A stretch of DNA of 64,000 nucleotides from Scenedesmus sp. PABB004 (Eukaryota): NCBI GenBank assembly GCA_014905635.1, contig JABVCE010000026.1:124001-188000 (forward strand), given 5' to 3'. Positions 11,661 through 25,508 of the stretch are shown here, piece after piece. Under the pieces are notes generated by a model. It was given only the letters and a program-made list of their open reading frames with translations, did not search any database and was not told the DNA's origin. Positions within the stretch are counted from its first letter, which is position 1, and every line of letters begins with the position of its first letter. A program made the position numbers and the translations under genes.

Positions 11661-14029
11661 CACACGCGCCTGCCGCTGCTGCCGCCGCCGTGGCGCGCGC
11701 GCAGGTCTGGTTCCTGGGCAAGGCCGACGTGGCCAAGGTGCGCGGCAACCCGCACCTCGCCAAGACCAACTACGGCTACGACGACGAGCGCGGCGACTAC
11801 GTGGCGGTGCCGCGCGACCACATCGCGTACCGCTACGAGGTCGCCGGCGTGCTCGGCAAGGGCAGCTTCGGCCAGGTCGGTCGGCCCGCGCGTGTGTGGC
11901 CGGGGCGGGGCCGGCGGCGGCGGCGGCGCTGGCGCGCGCTCGCCCCTGCCGACGCCTGGCCGCCTGCGCGCTCTCCTTCCTCGCGCGCGCGCGCAGGTGC
12001 TCAAGGTGCTCGACTACAAGACCGGCACCTACAAGGCGCTCAAGATCATCCGCAACAAGAAGCGCTTCCACCACCAGGCGCGCGCCCCTGCGCCGCGCCT
12101 GCGCCGGCCGCGGCCCGCCGCCCCGCGCCGGCTGCCGCGCTGACCCGCCCCGCCGCTCATGCGGCCGCCGCCGCCGCCGCGCAGGCCCAGGTGGAGCTCA
12201 AGGTGCTGGAGCACCTGCGCGCGAACGACGCCGGCGACACCAACCACGTCATCCACATCCAGGAGCACTTTACGTTCCGCAGCCACCTCTGCATCACGTT
12301 TGAGCTGCTCGGGTCCAACCTCTACGAGTTCATCAAGGCCAACAACTTTGCCGGCCTCGACCTCACGCTCATACACCGCTTCGCCGGCCAGATGCTCGTC
12401 GCGCTGCGGTGCGCGCCGCGCGGCCGCCGCGCGGCCGCCGCGCGCCGCCGCGGGCGCGGCCGCGCCGCGCTGACCAGCCGCTGACCGCGCGCTGACCGCC
12501 GCCGCCGCCGCCCGGCCGCCCGCGCCGCCCGCGCGCGCAGCTTCCTGAGCGACCACCGCCTGATCCACTGCGACCTGAAGCCGGAGAACGTGCTGCTGCT
12601 GGGGCACCGGCGCCCGGGCGTCAAGGTCATTGACTTTGGCAGCTCCTGCTTTGCGGGCGAGCAGCTCTACACGTACGTGCAGTCGCGCTTCTACCGCTCG
12701 CCCGAGGTCATCCTGGGGCTGCCGTACGGCGTGGAGATCGACATGTGGAGCTTTGGCTGCATCCTCGCGGAGCTCTTCATGGGCTACCCCCTCTTCCCCG
12801 GCGAGGACGAGACGGAGCAGCTCCTGTGCATCATGGAGGCCATGGGCCCGCCGCCGCCGCGCCTGCTCGAGGCGGCGAGCCGGCGCAAGACCTTTTTCGA
12901 CGCGTCCGGCGCGCCGACGGTCGTGCCCAACTCGCGCGGCAAGATCCGCACGCCCGGCAGCAAGTCGCTGTGGGGCGTGCTGCGCTGCCAGGACGCGGGC
13001 TTCGTCGACCTGCTCGAGCGCTGCCTGCGCTGGGACCCGGCGGAGCGGCTCACGCCGGCGCAGGCGGCCGCGCACCCCTGGATGGTGGAGCGGGCTGCCG
13101 CCGCCGCCGCCGCCGCCGCCGCGGCGGGCAGCCCCGCGGCGAGCCACCGCGGCCGCGGCCGCACCGACCAGGCGCACGCGTCGCCGGGCAGGCTGCAGCC
13201 GACGAGCGTCATCGCGGCGGCGCTGAGCGCGAGCGGGCCGGTCGGCAAGGCGGCCGCGCGGGCGATGGGCCTGGGCGCCGGCGGCGGGCGCGACGGCGGC
13301 GGCCCCAGCGCGCTGTGCAGCGGCGAGGCCGGCGCCGGCGCCGGCTTTGGCGGCGGCCTCGGCGCGCCCGCGGCGCACGCGGCCGGCGCCGGCGGCTGGG
13401 CGGCCGACGCGGGCGGCGCCGCGGGCAGCTCGCGCATGCCGCGCGCGCTGCACGGCGGCGGCGCGCCCGACACGGTGCAGAGCGGCTTTGACTGCACGCC
13501 GCGCCAGCTCAGCCAGACGGCGGCCGCGGCGCTGTCGGCCGCGGCGCCCGCGCTCGGCGCCGGCGGCGGCGGCCGGCCTGCGCCCGGCGGCGGCGGCGGC
13601 GGAGGCTTCACGCCGCGCTCGATGGAGACCAACGCGCCCGCCCTGCCGGGGCGGGGCTACGGCGCCAAGCAGGTCGCGGTGGGCGTGCTCGCGGCCGGCG
13701 GCGCGGCGCAGGTGGTGGTGGCGCAGCGCAGCAGCGGCGGCGGGCGCGACGTGCACGGCCCCGACCAGGCGGCGCTCGTGGCGGCGAGCAACGCGCTCAA
13801 GGTGCAGGCCGGCCCGGGAGCGTCGCTGGCGACGAAGCAGGCCGCGGCGGCGGCGCTGCAGGCACAGCTGGGCGCCGGCGGCCACCACCACGCCGCCGTC
13901 GGGTACCTGAGCGGCTCCGGCGGCGGCGGCGGCGGCGGCGCGCTGGGCCAGGCGCAGCAGCTGCTCCTCCTCCAGCTCCAGCAGCAACAGCAGCTGGGCG
14001 GCGGCGCGCTGCCGCGGCTGCAGAGGTGA
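10904..14029 (+). CDS. Class-2 DYRK family dual-specificity kinase, 6 exons
   Basis: NAPA-like LTPFEQSEILQY, DH box YGYDDERGDY, GKGSFGQV, HCDLKPEN, DFGSSC, activation loop YTYVQSRFYRSPEVIL. Introns at 10961-11122, 11570-11704, 11876-11996, 12078-12184 (GC-AG) and 12409-12540. Confidence 0.92.
11618..11659 (+). repeat. (CAG)n microsatellite in DYRK intron 2
   Basis: About 14 tandem CAG units, intronic. Confidence 0.9.
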
Positions 14030-15164
14030 CGCGCGCGCAGCGGCAGCGGGCGCGGGCGAGGGAGAGCGAGGGCCGCCGCCGGCGCGGCGCGCAGGCCAGT
14101 GCCCGCGTGGCGCGCCGGCGCCCTCGGCGGGGCCTGCGCGCCGCGGGACTGCCAAGTATGTCATTTATTCGTCTGCGCGGCCTTCTTAGCGCGCCAACGC
14201 ACGCGCGCGCGCTGCGCGGAGGCTGCCCGGCGCACGGGCGGCCCCGCGCGCGCGCGCGGCGAGGGCGGGGCGGGGTTGCGGTCTGGGCGCGCTGCAGCAA
14301 CGCGCGCGAGCGGGCGGGGCGGGGAGGGGCGGCGGCGCCGCGCAGGCGCTCGTGCGCCTCTCTCTCGCACGCACTCTCTGTGGCCGGTGCTGCGTGACTG
14401 ACACCTTGCTGGGGCGCAGCCCCCTGCCCCCGCCCAGCAACCCCGCTCGCAGGGCGCGCGCCCTGGCGTTGCTGCGACACGCAACGCCGCGCCGCGCGCC
14501 GCCGCGCGCGGGGCGCCTGGGCGGGGGCCCCTAGCAGGCAGGCGCGCGCGAGAGCTCTGCTGCAGCGTGCAGTGCTAGCTAGCTCGCAGGGCGCCGCGCG
14601 GCGCGACGGCGCGCCGCGCGAGCCTAGGTAGCGTCTGGGCGGCGCCGGTTGCGGCGCGGCTCGTGCAGGATGGCGGCGGCGTGATCGCACTGTGGCGCGC
14701 TCCGACGCGGGCGCAGGTAAAGGATGCTCTGCACGCACGTAGGGGCTCCTTGACCGCGGTCAAGGCAGCGCGGCAGTCCCCGCGCCAGGCTCGCGTCCCA
14801 GGCGCGCTCTCCAGGCCTGCGCGCGAGCTCTGGCAGCAGCAGGCCCTGGCCACCGCGGCGCCGCGCGCGTGAGCGGGGCGAGGCGGCGGGGGCAGCAGCG
14901 GGAGGGGCCACCACCACCGTTCCGCGCGCGCGCTGGCCTGCGCGGCTTGAGCGGCGTCGCGGCGGACGGGCTGCAGGACACGGTGCGCCTGGCGCGCGGC
15001 CCCGGAACCGCGCCCCCAGCAGTGGACCGCGCCCCTCGTGACTGCTGCCGGGGCCACGCCGCGCGCACAAAGCACCGTCGCCCCCCGCCGCCGTCACTCG
15101 CTCGCTCTCAGCCCCTCACCTCACCGCCGACCTCCCCTCCTCGGCCACGCGCCCACTCCTCGCG

Positions 15165-16818
15165 ATGGCGCGCGCCCCGATGCGCGTGCTGATCACGGGC
15201 GCCGCAGGTGCGGCGCCGCTTCCGCGTCCCAGCCTGCGCGTCGCGGCGCGCTGGCAGCTGAGCTTGCTCGCGTTCCCCCGCAGGCCAGATCGGGTACGCG
15301 CTGGTGGCCATGGTCGCGGGCGGGCAGATGCTCGGCCCCGACCAGCCCGTCGTGCTGCACCTGCTCGACATCGAGCCCGCCAAGACCGCGCTGGAGGGCG
15401 TGCGCATGGAGCTGCTGGACGCCGCGTTTCCGCTGCTCGTCGGTGCGACGCGCCGCCGCCGCGGCCGGCGGCAGCGCGCGGCGCTGCTGTTCGCCCGGCG
15501 AGCCGCCCGCCGCGCCCTTCCTCACGCACCTCCCTGCCCCGCCCCGCCCCTGCGCCGCGCAGACGTGGTCGCGACGACCGACCTCGCCGCCGCGTGCGCG
15601 GGCGTGGACGTCGCGGTCATGGTCGGCGGCTTCCCCCGCAAGGCGGGCATGGAGCGCAAGGACGTGATGTCCAAGAATGTCTCCATTTACGCCTCCCAGG
15701 CGCGCGCGCTCGAGGCGCACGCGAGCAAGGACGTCAAGGTGTGGCGGCGGCGGCCAGGGCAGGGCGCCCGCGGCCGCGGCGCGCCGGCCGGCGCGCGGGG
15801 CGCGCGCCGCGGCGGCGGGCGGCGCGCCGGCGCGGGCGCCGCCGGCTCTCACGTCGTCGACCCCTCGGGCGCAGGTCCTGGTCGTGGCCAACCCCGCCAA
15901 CACCAACGCGCTGATGCTGCACGAGGCCGCGCCCGGCATCACGGCGGCCAACATCACCGCGCTCACGCGGCTCGACCACAACCGCGCGCTCGCGCAGGTC
16001 GCGGAGCGCGCGGGCGTGCGCTCCACGGCCGTCTCCAACGTCATCATCTGGGGCAACCACTCCTCCACGCAGGCGCGCGGCGGACGGGCGGATGCGGCGG
16101 CGCCACATGGCACGCCGCAGCGCAGGGCGCAGCGGGGGCGCGCGCGCGCGCCCCCGCCTGCCCCGCCGCTGATGCCCGACTCCCCCACACCCACACCCAC
16201 ACCCACAACCTCACCCACACCCTCACACCGCACACGCACCCACCGCACGCCGCGCTCGCAGTACCCGGACGTCAACCACGGCACCATCGACGGCAAGCCC
16301 ATCCGGGAGGTGCTCTCCGCCGACGGCGCGTGGCTGGACGGCGAGTTTGTGGAGACCGTGCAGCAGCGCGGCGCGGCGATCATCAAGGCGCGGGGCCTGT
16401 CGTCGGCGTTGAGCGCGGCGAGCAGCGCGTGCAACCACGTGCGCGACTGGCTGCGCGGCACGCCCGAGGGCACCTGGGTGAGCATGGGCGTCATCAGCGA
16501 CGGCAGCTACGGCGCGCCGCCGGGCGTGGTCTTCTCCTTCCCCGTCACCTGCCGCGACGGCGCGTGGAGCATCGTGCAGGCGCGCCCCTGCGCGCGCGCG
16601 GGGCGCGGGGGCGCGCGGGGCGCGCGGGCGCGGGGGCGAGGGGCTCGCGCGCGGCGTGCAGGCGCGGCGGCGGCGGGCTGACGGGCGCGCTGCCGTGCGC
16701 GCGCGGGGGGGCGCAGGGCCTGACCATCGACGAGCGCAGCGCGGCCAAGCTCAAGGCGACGTCGGAGGAGCTGCTGGAGGAGCGCGACCTCGCGCGCGAG
16801 TGCATCGCCGCGCTGTGA
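15165..16818 (+). CDS. MDH: Cytosolic-type NAD malate dehydrogenase, 6 exons
   Basis: [96 protein letters not shown] introns at 16073-16261 and 16580-16716. Confidence 0.95.
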
Positions 16819-17462
16819 GCCGCGCCGCGCGCACGCACCGGGCAGCACTGCGCAGCGTGGCGGGGGCGGCGGCACTGAGTGTTGAGCGCGAGCCGGCGGG
16901 CGGGGCTTCTTTCATCCCGTAGCGCGGTAACGACGTGCAGTGGCCGACCGCGGCAGGCAGGCTCGCGGCCAGCCGCTGCCTGGCAGCGGCGCCGGCTGCC
17001 GCCACGCCGGTGACGCCGTCATGGCGGGCCGGGGAAGGCCGGGGGATCTCGGTTGAGCACCCAAGCACACCGCCAGCAGGCGCCGGGGCCAACGCTAGCC
17101 TCGAACGATCAGCGTTGCGCCGCCGTCAGTAGCGCACGCCACGTCAGCGCCGCGGGTGGGGGCGTTTTGCGGGTTGCAGGCGCCGCGAGCCTCCCCAGAC
17201 GAGAACGTGCGGCGTGCGAGCAGAATCCAGAGGGTCCCGGCGCAGAGCCGGCCTTGCGCACGCCGGGAGCCAGGCTCAACGCGAGCAGCAGCTGGCGAGG
17301 GCGCCCAGGAGAGTGCCGACGCCGCAGCCCGACCGCTCCCGAGCACGCTGGGGACGCGTTGAAGCTCACGCACGGGGCGACGGGCGGGGGCGGGTGCCAG
17401 GGCCGGCGCACGGCGGGCTGCGGCGGCACGAGACGCAGCGGCCGGCCGGTGCCGCCGCCGCG

Positions 17463-18884
17463 ATGGCGCGGGCAGCGCGGCGGCGGTCGTCTGCGGCCTG
17501 GCTGGCGTGCCTACTCGTGACCGCGCTGGCCGCGCCCGGCGGTGCGCGTGCGGCGCGCGCCAGGCGTAACCCCCGGCCCGCCGGCGCGCGCGCGCCCAAC
17601 CGCCCGCCCGCCCGCCCGCCGCCGCGCCCCAGGCGCCGCTGCGCGCCGCCTCGGTGCGGCGTCGGCGCCCTGCGCCGGCGCGTCGTCGGCGTCGGAGCTG
17701 CTGACCAACGGCTTCTTCGTCCCCGGGTCACCTGGGCACATGCACAACGTGCTGCTGACGGCGGCGATGTCAAACGATGCCTACCCCTGGGCCCGGCAGT
17801 ACGGCTACGCCATGATTGACGTGGCAGACGGCCTCACCGCACAGCAGGCGCGCGCGCGCGTGTGTGGGTGGGGGGGGGGGCGTGGGAGGAGGGCCGGGCG
17901 GAGAGGAGGGGGCCCCGCACGCGCGGCGCGCGGCCGCCGAGCCCGCGCCGCCGCCGAGGCCGCGCGCCCGCCGCCGCCGCGCGTGCAGACGGCGCGCTTC
18001 CAGGGCCTCTTTGCGGCCAAGTACCGCCGCCTGGGCGCGCGCAGCGTGCGGTTCGTGGACTGGCAGGAGGGGCCGCTCGGCGCGGCGGGCCACGCGGCGG
18101 TGCTGACCACGGGCACCGACGTCTGGGTCATCATCCGGTGAGCGCCGCGCCGCGCCGCGCCGCGCCGCGCCGCGGCGGCTTGCCCCGTGTGTTGAGCGCG
18201 CCGCGCGCCGCCCGCCGCACCCGCCACCACCCTCTCCGCGCCGCCGCCGCCGCGCGCGTGCGCCGCCGCAGCGGCACCGCCGACGTGGGCCAGGTGCGCA
18301 TCAGCGGCGTGTACGAGTCGCGCCCCTGGGCGCTGCCGGGCGGCAGCGGCAGCGTGGGACTGTTCTACCCCCTCCACCGCTCCATGTCCGGCCTCTGGCC
18401 GCGCCTCTCGGCCGCGGTCGCGGCGGCGGTGGCCGAGACGGCGGCGCCGCGCGCCGCGCGCGTCTTCCTCACGGGGCACAGCCTCGGCGCCGCGTCGGCG
18501 TGCCTCGCGGCGCTGCTGTGCCAGCTCGAGCTGGGGCTGACCGTCGGCGGCGTGTGGGCGTTTGACCCGTACAAGGCCGGCCGCGCCGACTGGGTCTCCC
18601 TCTACGACGCCCAGCTCGGCAACGTGACCTGGCTGGTCTGGAACAACCAGGACCCCATCCCACAGCTCCTCGACGCGCCGCCCGCGGCGGCGCGCGGCGG
18701 CGGGTGGGGGCACGTCCCCTCCGACCGGCACTGGATCCGCATCGTCGGCGACGCCTGCCTGCCCGCCGCGGGGACGCGGCTCATGGCGGCCTGCCCGCCC
18801 GAGGTCGACGCCGCCGACGGCGCGGCAGACGGCGTGTGCGCGAGCCCCTTTGGGGACCACCTGGTGCGTCACGCGCGCGCGCGC

Positions 18885-18946
<62 letters not shown>

Positions 18947-19279
18947 ATGCGTGTGTGCGTGCGCTCGGCGCCCATGCGCTCAGCTCACGCCTGCCCACCC
19001 GCCCGCCCGCCTGCCCGCCCGCCCGCCCCGCCCGCGCGGCAGCCCTGGAACATCCTGAAGCGAGTCGCGCGGTGCACGCTCCTCGCGCCCTCACCGCCGC
19101 CGGCCGCCCCCGGCGCGCCGGCCGGATGGGCACTCGACGCGCCGCGCGGCGCGGCGCGCGCCGCCAAGGAGGGCCGCGCCGCGGCACCGGCCCCGGCCGC
19201 CGCCGGCGACGCCTGCGGCGACGCGGCGGTGCGCGGCGCGGTGTGGAGCGTGCTGCTGGGCCTGCCCCCGCCCGGGTGA
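17463..19279 (+). CDS. Secreted class-3 (fungal-type) lipase, 5 exons
   Basis: Hydrophobic signal peptide, VWVIIR|GTAD oxyanion region, nucleophile elbow VFLTGHSLGAA, NNQDPIPQL and C-terminal GDHL His. Confidence 0.8.
18884..18962 (+). repeat. (GCGT)n tetranucleotide microsatellite in lipase intron
   Basis: Run of gcgtgcgtgcgt... immediately after the donor at 18864. Confidence 0.9.
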
Positions 19280-19746
19280 CGTCGCGGGGGCGCGCGGTCC
19301 CCTCGTTCTTTGTTGTTTTGTCTGTTGGCGCCGCAGCCGCGCCACTCACGCACCGCCATCCCACCATGCCCTTCTTGACCCCCCCTCCTCGCACGCACGC
19401 ACTGCGCCCCCGCGCGGCGGCCGCCGAGCCCGCACCGCGCCGCGCCGCACAGCGCGCGTCACCGCCCGTCTGCGACAGACGGGCGAGCCGGCTGCCCCGG
19501 CCCCAGCACTGTGTATTTCCTGCTGGGCCTGCAACCAATCCGCCTGCGCTCTCTTACGTGATCGCGCGGTTGCGCGCCCCGCCCTTGCACCGCCGCCGCC
19601 GCCCGCGCTTCGCCGCCGCGCTCTTCGCCGCCCGCGCTCCCGATCGCCGGCCCTCTCAGCGCACACCCGCCACGTCGGTGGCCCCGCCGTGCCGCCAGGC
19701 TCGCCGAGCAGCCAGCCCGCCCCAGCAGCCGCAGGCCGGGAGCAGC

Positions 19747-22700
19747 ATGGCGCTCTCCAGCCGCGCCCAGCGCGCGCGCGGTGCGTGGAGCCAGCCTGGG
19801 GCGCGGCTGCGGCGGGCCGCTGGGGCCGGGCGCGGCCAGCGGAGTGAGGGCCGCCTGCCGGGGCGCGCCAGGCGGCGAAATCGGGGCCCCTGAAGGCTCA
19901 GCGGCCAGCGCATTAGCTCGCTGGCCGTCATGACCGCGCCCAGCCGCGGCGGCAGGGGCAACGGAGGAGCATTGGGGCGGGGGCGGCCCTTGCATGCCGC
20001 GCTGCTGCTCCCACGCCCACGCCCGGCCGTCCCCGCCCGCCCGCAGGCGCCGCCGCCGCGGGCGCCTCGCGGCAGCAGGTCAAGGTCAACGCCGTGGTGG
20101 CGCCGCCAACCACGTCGCGCTCGCCCGCGAGCACCGGCTCGGTGCGTCGGCAGCAGCGGGCGGGCGGCGCCACGGGCGGCGGCTGCTGCGGCGCCGCCAG
20201 CAGCCGCAGCGCCAGGCTCGGCGCCTTTAGGATTCTGCAGGCGCAGCAGCAGCAGCAGCAGGCGCTGCCGGGCGCCGGGCGCCGGGCGCCGGACGCCGCT
20301 CGCCGCCGCGACCGGGCGCTGCGGCCCCGCGGACTCTTCCCACGCCCCCGGCCCCGGTCGCGTCGCGGCGCGCAGGTCAAGAGCCCCATGACCATGACCG
20401 AGAAGATCCTGGCCAAGCACAGCGATAACGCGGCGGTCGTGCCGGGGCAAAACATCTGGACGCGCGTCGACAAGCTCATGACCCACGACGTCTGCGGCCC
20501 CGGCACGTTCGGCATCTTCCAGAAGGAGTTTGGCCAGGACGCGCAGGCGCGGGCCGCGGGCGGGCGCGGGCGCACGGGCGGGCGCGGGCGCGCGACGGGC
20601 GCGGGCGCCGGCGGCGGGCGGTTCTGCGGGCGCCGGCGGCGGCGCGCGGCGCGCGGCGGCGCCGACGTGCGCCCGCGCCGCGCCGGGCCCACACAGGTGT
20701 GGGACAACGAGCGCGTGGTGCTCATCCCGGACCACTACATCTTCACCAGCGACCCGCGCGCCAACCGCAACGTCGACATCCTGCGGTGCGCGCCGCGCTC
20801 TGCGTCGTCGCGCCGCCGCGCCGGCCCCGACCCGTGCGCCGCGCCGGCCCTGACCCGCACCGCTCTCTCGCTCACGCGCGTCGCCCTCTCTCTCACTCTC
20901 ACGCGCTGCGCAGCGAGATGGCGGCCAAGTACAACATCAAGTACTTTTATGACATCCAGGACCGCTCCGACTTCAAGGCCAACCCCGACTACAAGGGCGT
21001 CTGCCACGTCGCGCTCGCGCAGGAGGGGCACTGCCGCCCCGGCGAGGTGCTGTTCGGCACCGACAGCCACACGTGCAACGCGGGCGCGTTTGGCCAGTTT
21101 GCCACGGGCGTGGGCAACACCGACGCCGGGTTCATCCTTGGCACCGGCAAGCTGCTCATCAAGGTGCGGGCCGCGCATGCCGGCGGCCACCGCGCTGCGG
21201 CCCCCGGCGCCGCCGCCAGCGCGCCGCGCAGCGCCTGGCGGACCCCGCGCGCGCCGCGCGCCGCGCGCCGACGCGCCGCCGCGCGCCGCACCCGCGCGCC
21301 GGCCAGGTTCCGCCGACGATGCGCTTTGTGCTGGACGGCGAGATGCCCGAGTATCTGCTGGCCAAGGACCTCATCCTCCAGGTGGGGCGGGGGGGGGGGG
21401 GGGGGGCGGGCGCAGGCGCGGCGCGGGCAGCGACGGCCCGCGCGGCCGCCGCCGCGCGCGGGCCGCGGCCGGGCGCCTGCGCCGCCGCCAACGCGCGCGC
21501 GCGCGCGCGGCCACGCGCGGCGCAGATCATCGGCGAGATCAGCGTCGCGGGCGCGACGTACAAGGCGATGGAGTTTGTGGGCAGCGCGGTGGAGGGCATG
21601 AACATGGACGAGCGCATGACCGTGTGCAACATGGTGGTCGAGGCCGGCGGCAAGAACGGCGTCATCGCGCCCGACGCGACGACGTTTGACTACGTCGACG
21701 CCCGCGCCGGCGGCGCGGCGTACGAGCCCGAGTACAGCGACGGCGCCGCGGCCTTCTGCGCCGACTACAAGTGAGGGAGACACCGCGGCGCGGCGGCGCG
21801 GTTGAGCGGGACGGCGGCGCGGCGGCGCGGTCGAGGGCCCAGGGCCCAGGGCGGAGCAGCGGCGCGCGGGCGGGCGTGTGCGGGGGCAGCGTGCGCGATG
21901 CGTGACGCGTGTGCCCGGGCGCGGCGCCGTGTGATTGGTGGTGGGCGCGCGTGATGACGCGTGCGGCGCGCCGTGGCGCCGTGCGGGGCCACACCTCACC
22001 CGCCGCCGCCGCGCGCGCGCGCGCGCGTGCCCAGGTGGGACGTGTCCAAGCTGGAGCCGCTCGTCGCCGCGCCGCACTCGCCGGACAACCGCAAGACCGC
22101 GCGCGAGTGCTCCGACGTCAAGATCGACCGCGTCTACATCGGCTCGTGCACCGGTGCGCCCGGGCACACCGGCGGCGGCGTGCAGGGGCAGCGCGGCGGG
22201 GGCGGCGCGGCGGGGCCGTCTCTGAGGGGCCCGCGCCGCGCGGCGCGCAAGGGGGCGGCGAGGCGTGCGCGCAAGCCCGCCAGCCCGCCAGCGTGCGAGC
22301 GCCCTGCCGCCGCCGCCGCCGCCGCCGCCGCCCCCTCCTCCCGTCCGCGCCGCCGCCAGGCGGCAAGACCGAGGACTTCCTGTCTGCCGCGAAGCTCTTC
22401 CACCGCGCGGGGCGGCAGGTCAAGGTGCCCACCTACCTCGTGCCAGCGACGCAAAAGGCGCGCTGCGCCGCGCCGCGCCGCGCCGCGCCGCGCCGCGCCG
22501 CGCCGCGCGCCCGCGCGCCGCCCTTGCTGCCGCCGCGCCGCCTGCGTACGCGCGCGGCGCCCCGCGCTCACGGCCCGCGCCGCGCGCCGCGCGCGCCGCG
22601 CGCAGGTGTGGGCGGATGTGTACACGCTGCCCGTGCCGGGCTGTGGCGGCAAGACGGCGGCCGAGATCTTTGAGGCCGCCGGCTGCACGACGCCGGCGGC

Positions 22701-22902
22701 GCCGAGCTGCGCCGCGTGCCTGGGCGGGCCGCGCGACACGTTTGCGCGCATGAACGAGCCCGAGGTGTGCGTGTCGACGACCAACCGCAACTTCCCCGGC
22801 CGCATGGGCCACAAGGAGGGCCAGGTCTACCTCGCCAGCCCCTACACCGCCGCCGCGTCGGCGCTCAAGGGCTTCGTGTGCGACCCGCGCGACTACATGT
22901 GA
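19747..22902 (+). CDS. LEU1L: 3-isopropylmalate dehydratase (isomerase) large subunit, plastid-targeted, 10 exons
   Basis: Transit-peptide exons, then [67 protein letters not shown] and [16 protein letters not shown] introns at 20547 and 22458. Confidence 0.95.
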
Positions 22903-23230
22903 GGCGAGCGGGGCGAGGCGGCGGCGGGAGGAGTAGGCAGCGTGCAGTGCGCGCCTGCTGTGGTGCGCGTGGTGTGCTGCCGCGCGCGCCGCGGCAACCG
23001 GCGGCGCGAGGGAGAACCGCGGCAGCCGCCTTGCGCTCCAGCCCAGCGCGTCCCGCCCCGACGGCGCGCGCCACAACGTGCCCGCATTCGCGCCACGGAG
23101 CGCGCGTCGAGCCAGCCCGCGCGTCGAGCGCAGAGCCAGCAGCAGTCGCGCCGTTCGCAGCTGCCGCCGCCGGCCAGGGAGCCAGCACCCGCGCGGCAGC
23201 GGCGCGCTGTGACCGCTCGACGGACACGCC

Positions 23231-25508
23231 ATGAACTGTAGACGCAACCAGGCTGCCGCGCTGCTGGCGGCCGCGCTGCTGCTGCTGCGCTGGTGCGGCG
23301 CGCCGCGGGCGGCCGGGCGCGGCGGCGGGCGGCGCGGCAGTTGCAACTGGGAGTCCACATGCGGCAGCTCGCGGCTGCCGGGCCCCGCCGCCGCCGCGCG
23401 GCCGGGACGCCCGCCCGCCGCCGCCGTGCTGCCGCCCCGCAGCGCCGCAGCGCAGCTGACCGACGGCGCCCCTGACCCCTCGCTACTGTCCGTGTCGGAG
23501 CCTGGGTTTGCCATCACCGTGTACGCCAAGGGCCTGCCGCGCGCGCGCAGCCTCGCGGCGGCGGCAGTCAACGGCAGCACCGTGGTCTACGTCGGCTCCG
23601 CGGGCGGCGGCGGCGAGGCGTCGGACGTGCGGCGCGGCGCCCGCCCTCGCGCGCCGCGCCCTCGGGCCGCACGCCGCCGGCGCCCGCCGCGCGGCAGCAC
23701 CGCGCCCCCGCCTGCGCAGCAGCGCCGCGACGTCCGCCCTCGCGCGCCCGCCCCCGCCGGCAGGTGTACTACGTCGTCGACGCCGACGGCGACGGCGCGC
23801 CCGACGGCCAGGGCGTGCTCTGGCGCGGCGTCGACACGCCCAACGGCGTCGCGCTGGCCCCCGACGGCGGCGACGCGCTGTTCGTGTCGGGCTTTGCCGG
23901 CGGGCGCGGCATGGTCTGGCGGCTGGACGGCGTGCACCGCTACGCCCTCGCCGGCGTGCCGCACGGCGAGCCGGTCGTCGTCACCGACGCGCTGCCGGGC
24001 GAGAGCTGGCACGGGCGGCGCTTCCTGCGCTTCGGGCCGTCGGGGGTGCTCCTCGCCGGCGTCGGCGCGCCGTGCAACACCTGCCCACTCGACACGACGC
24101 CGCGGGGCGTGCAGCTTGGCACCATCTACGCCATCAACGTCACCACCGGCGCCGTGCAAAAGGTGGCGACAGGTGCGCCGCCGCGCGCGCGCTGCCTGTG
24201 CGCGCCGCCCCAAACCACGCGCGCGCCGCCGCCGCGCGCCGCCGCACACGCGCGCCGCTGGATGCTCGCCCCTCACCGCCGGCCGCGCGCAGGCGTGCGC
24301 AACAGCGTCGGCTTTGACTGGCAGCCCGCCACCGGCCGGCTCTTTTTCACAGGCAGACGCATGCGCCGCACGGCCCGCCCCTGCCGCGCGCCGTGCGCCG
24401 CGCCCCAGCGCCTCGCGCCGCGCCCTGCCGCGCGCCCCCAGCACCGCCGCCGCGCCCCGCGCCGGGCCGCGCCGCGCCGCAGACAACGGGCGCGATGGCA
24501 TGGGCGACGACGCCCCCGACTGCGAGCTCAACGCGCTGCCGCCCGGCGCCGACGCGCCGGCCGCGCTGCACGGCGCCGGCGCGCCGCGCGGCGGCGTGCT
24601 GCCCGACCCCGCGCCCCTGCCGGACTTTGGCTTTCCTTTTTGCCATGCGGAGGGCGTCGGCGATCCCTACCGCCGCAGCCTGGCGGTGAGCCTGCCGCTC
24701 CCAGACCCGGACCTCAACCCTGGCGGCGCACGGCTCAACTGCTCAGGTGCGCGCGCGCGCCGCCGCCGCCGCGTGCCACCGCTGCCGCCGCGCGCCGCTG
24801 CCGCCGCCGCGCTGCCAAACTCGCGCTCGCCACGCGCGCGCGCGCGCGCAGCACCCGGCTCGCACATCCCCCCGGTCCAGGCGCTCGGGTCGCACACCGC
24901 CCCCCTCGGCATGCGCTTTTATGTCCGCAACGCCTCAGCGCCCGCCGCGCTGCCGCCGCGCTACGACGGCGCGGCGCTGATCGTGCAGCGCGGCAGCTGG
25001 AACCGCGCCATGAAGATAGGCGCGGCGGGGCTGAGCGCACGCGGCGGCACGCGCGCCGCGCCGGCCCGCGCCGGCCCGCGCCGCGCCGCGCCGCGCCGCG
25101 CCCCCCGGCGCCCGCGCGCGCTCTCCACCCCCCCCGCCGCACCGCCCTGCAGGGTACCGTGTGATGGTCCTGGAGCTGGCCCCGGGCGGGGGGCCGCCGA
25201 CGCCCACCGCGTACCGGGAGCTCGCCGGCGGCTGGCTGCAGAACGAGAACCGCCCGGGCAACTACTCCTGGGGCCGGCCGGTGGACGTGGAGCAGCTGCC
25301 CGACGGCAGCCTGCTGGTCAGCGACGACGCCAACGGCTGGCTGTTCCGCATTGCGCCGTCCGGCCCGACCGTGCGCGGCACGGGCAGCGAGGCCGAGGCG
25401 CCCCGCGCGGTCAGCGGCGCACTGTCAACACGCGCGCTGTCGGCGCGCGCGCTGCGCGGCGCCGCCGCGCTGCTGGCCGTCGCGGCGCTCGTCGCCGCGG
25501 CGCTGTGA
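23231..25508 (+). CDS. Glucose/L-sorbosone dehydrogenase (GSDH) family beta-propeller with signal peptide and hydrophobic C-terminal tail, 7 exons
   Basis: PNGVAL, GAPCNTC, GVRNSVGFDW, FFT|DNGRDGMGDDAPDCELN, FGFPFC, HTAPLGMRFY, GSWNR, WGRPVDVEQLPDGSLLVSDD. GC-AG introns at 24353 and 25020. Confidence 0.85.

Noticed and set aside
21951..22034. GTGATGA box-C motif in a LEU1L intron
   Set aside because: No downstream box D (CTGA) or terminal stem.
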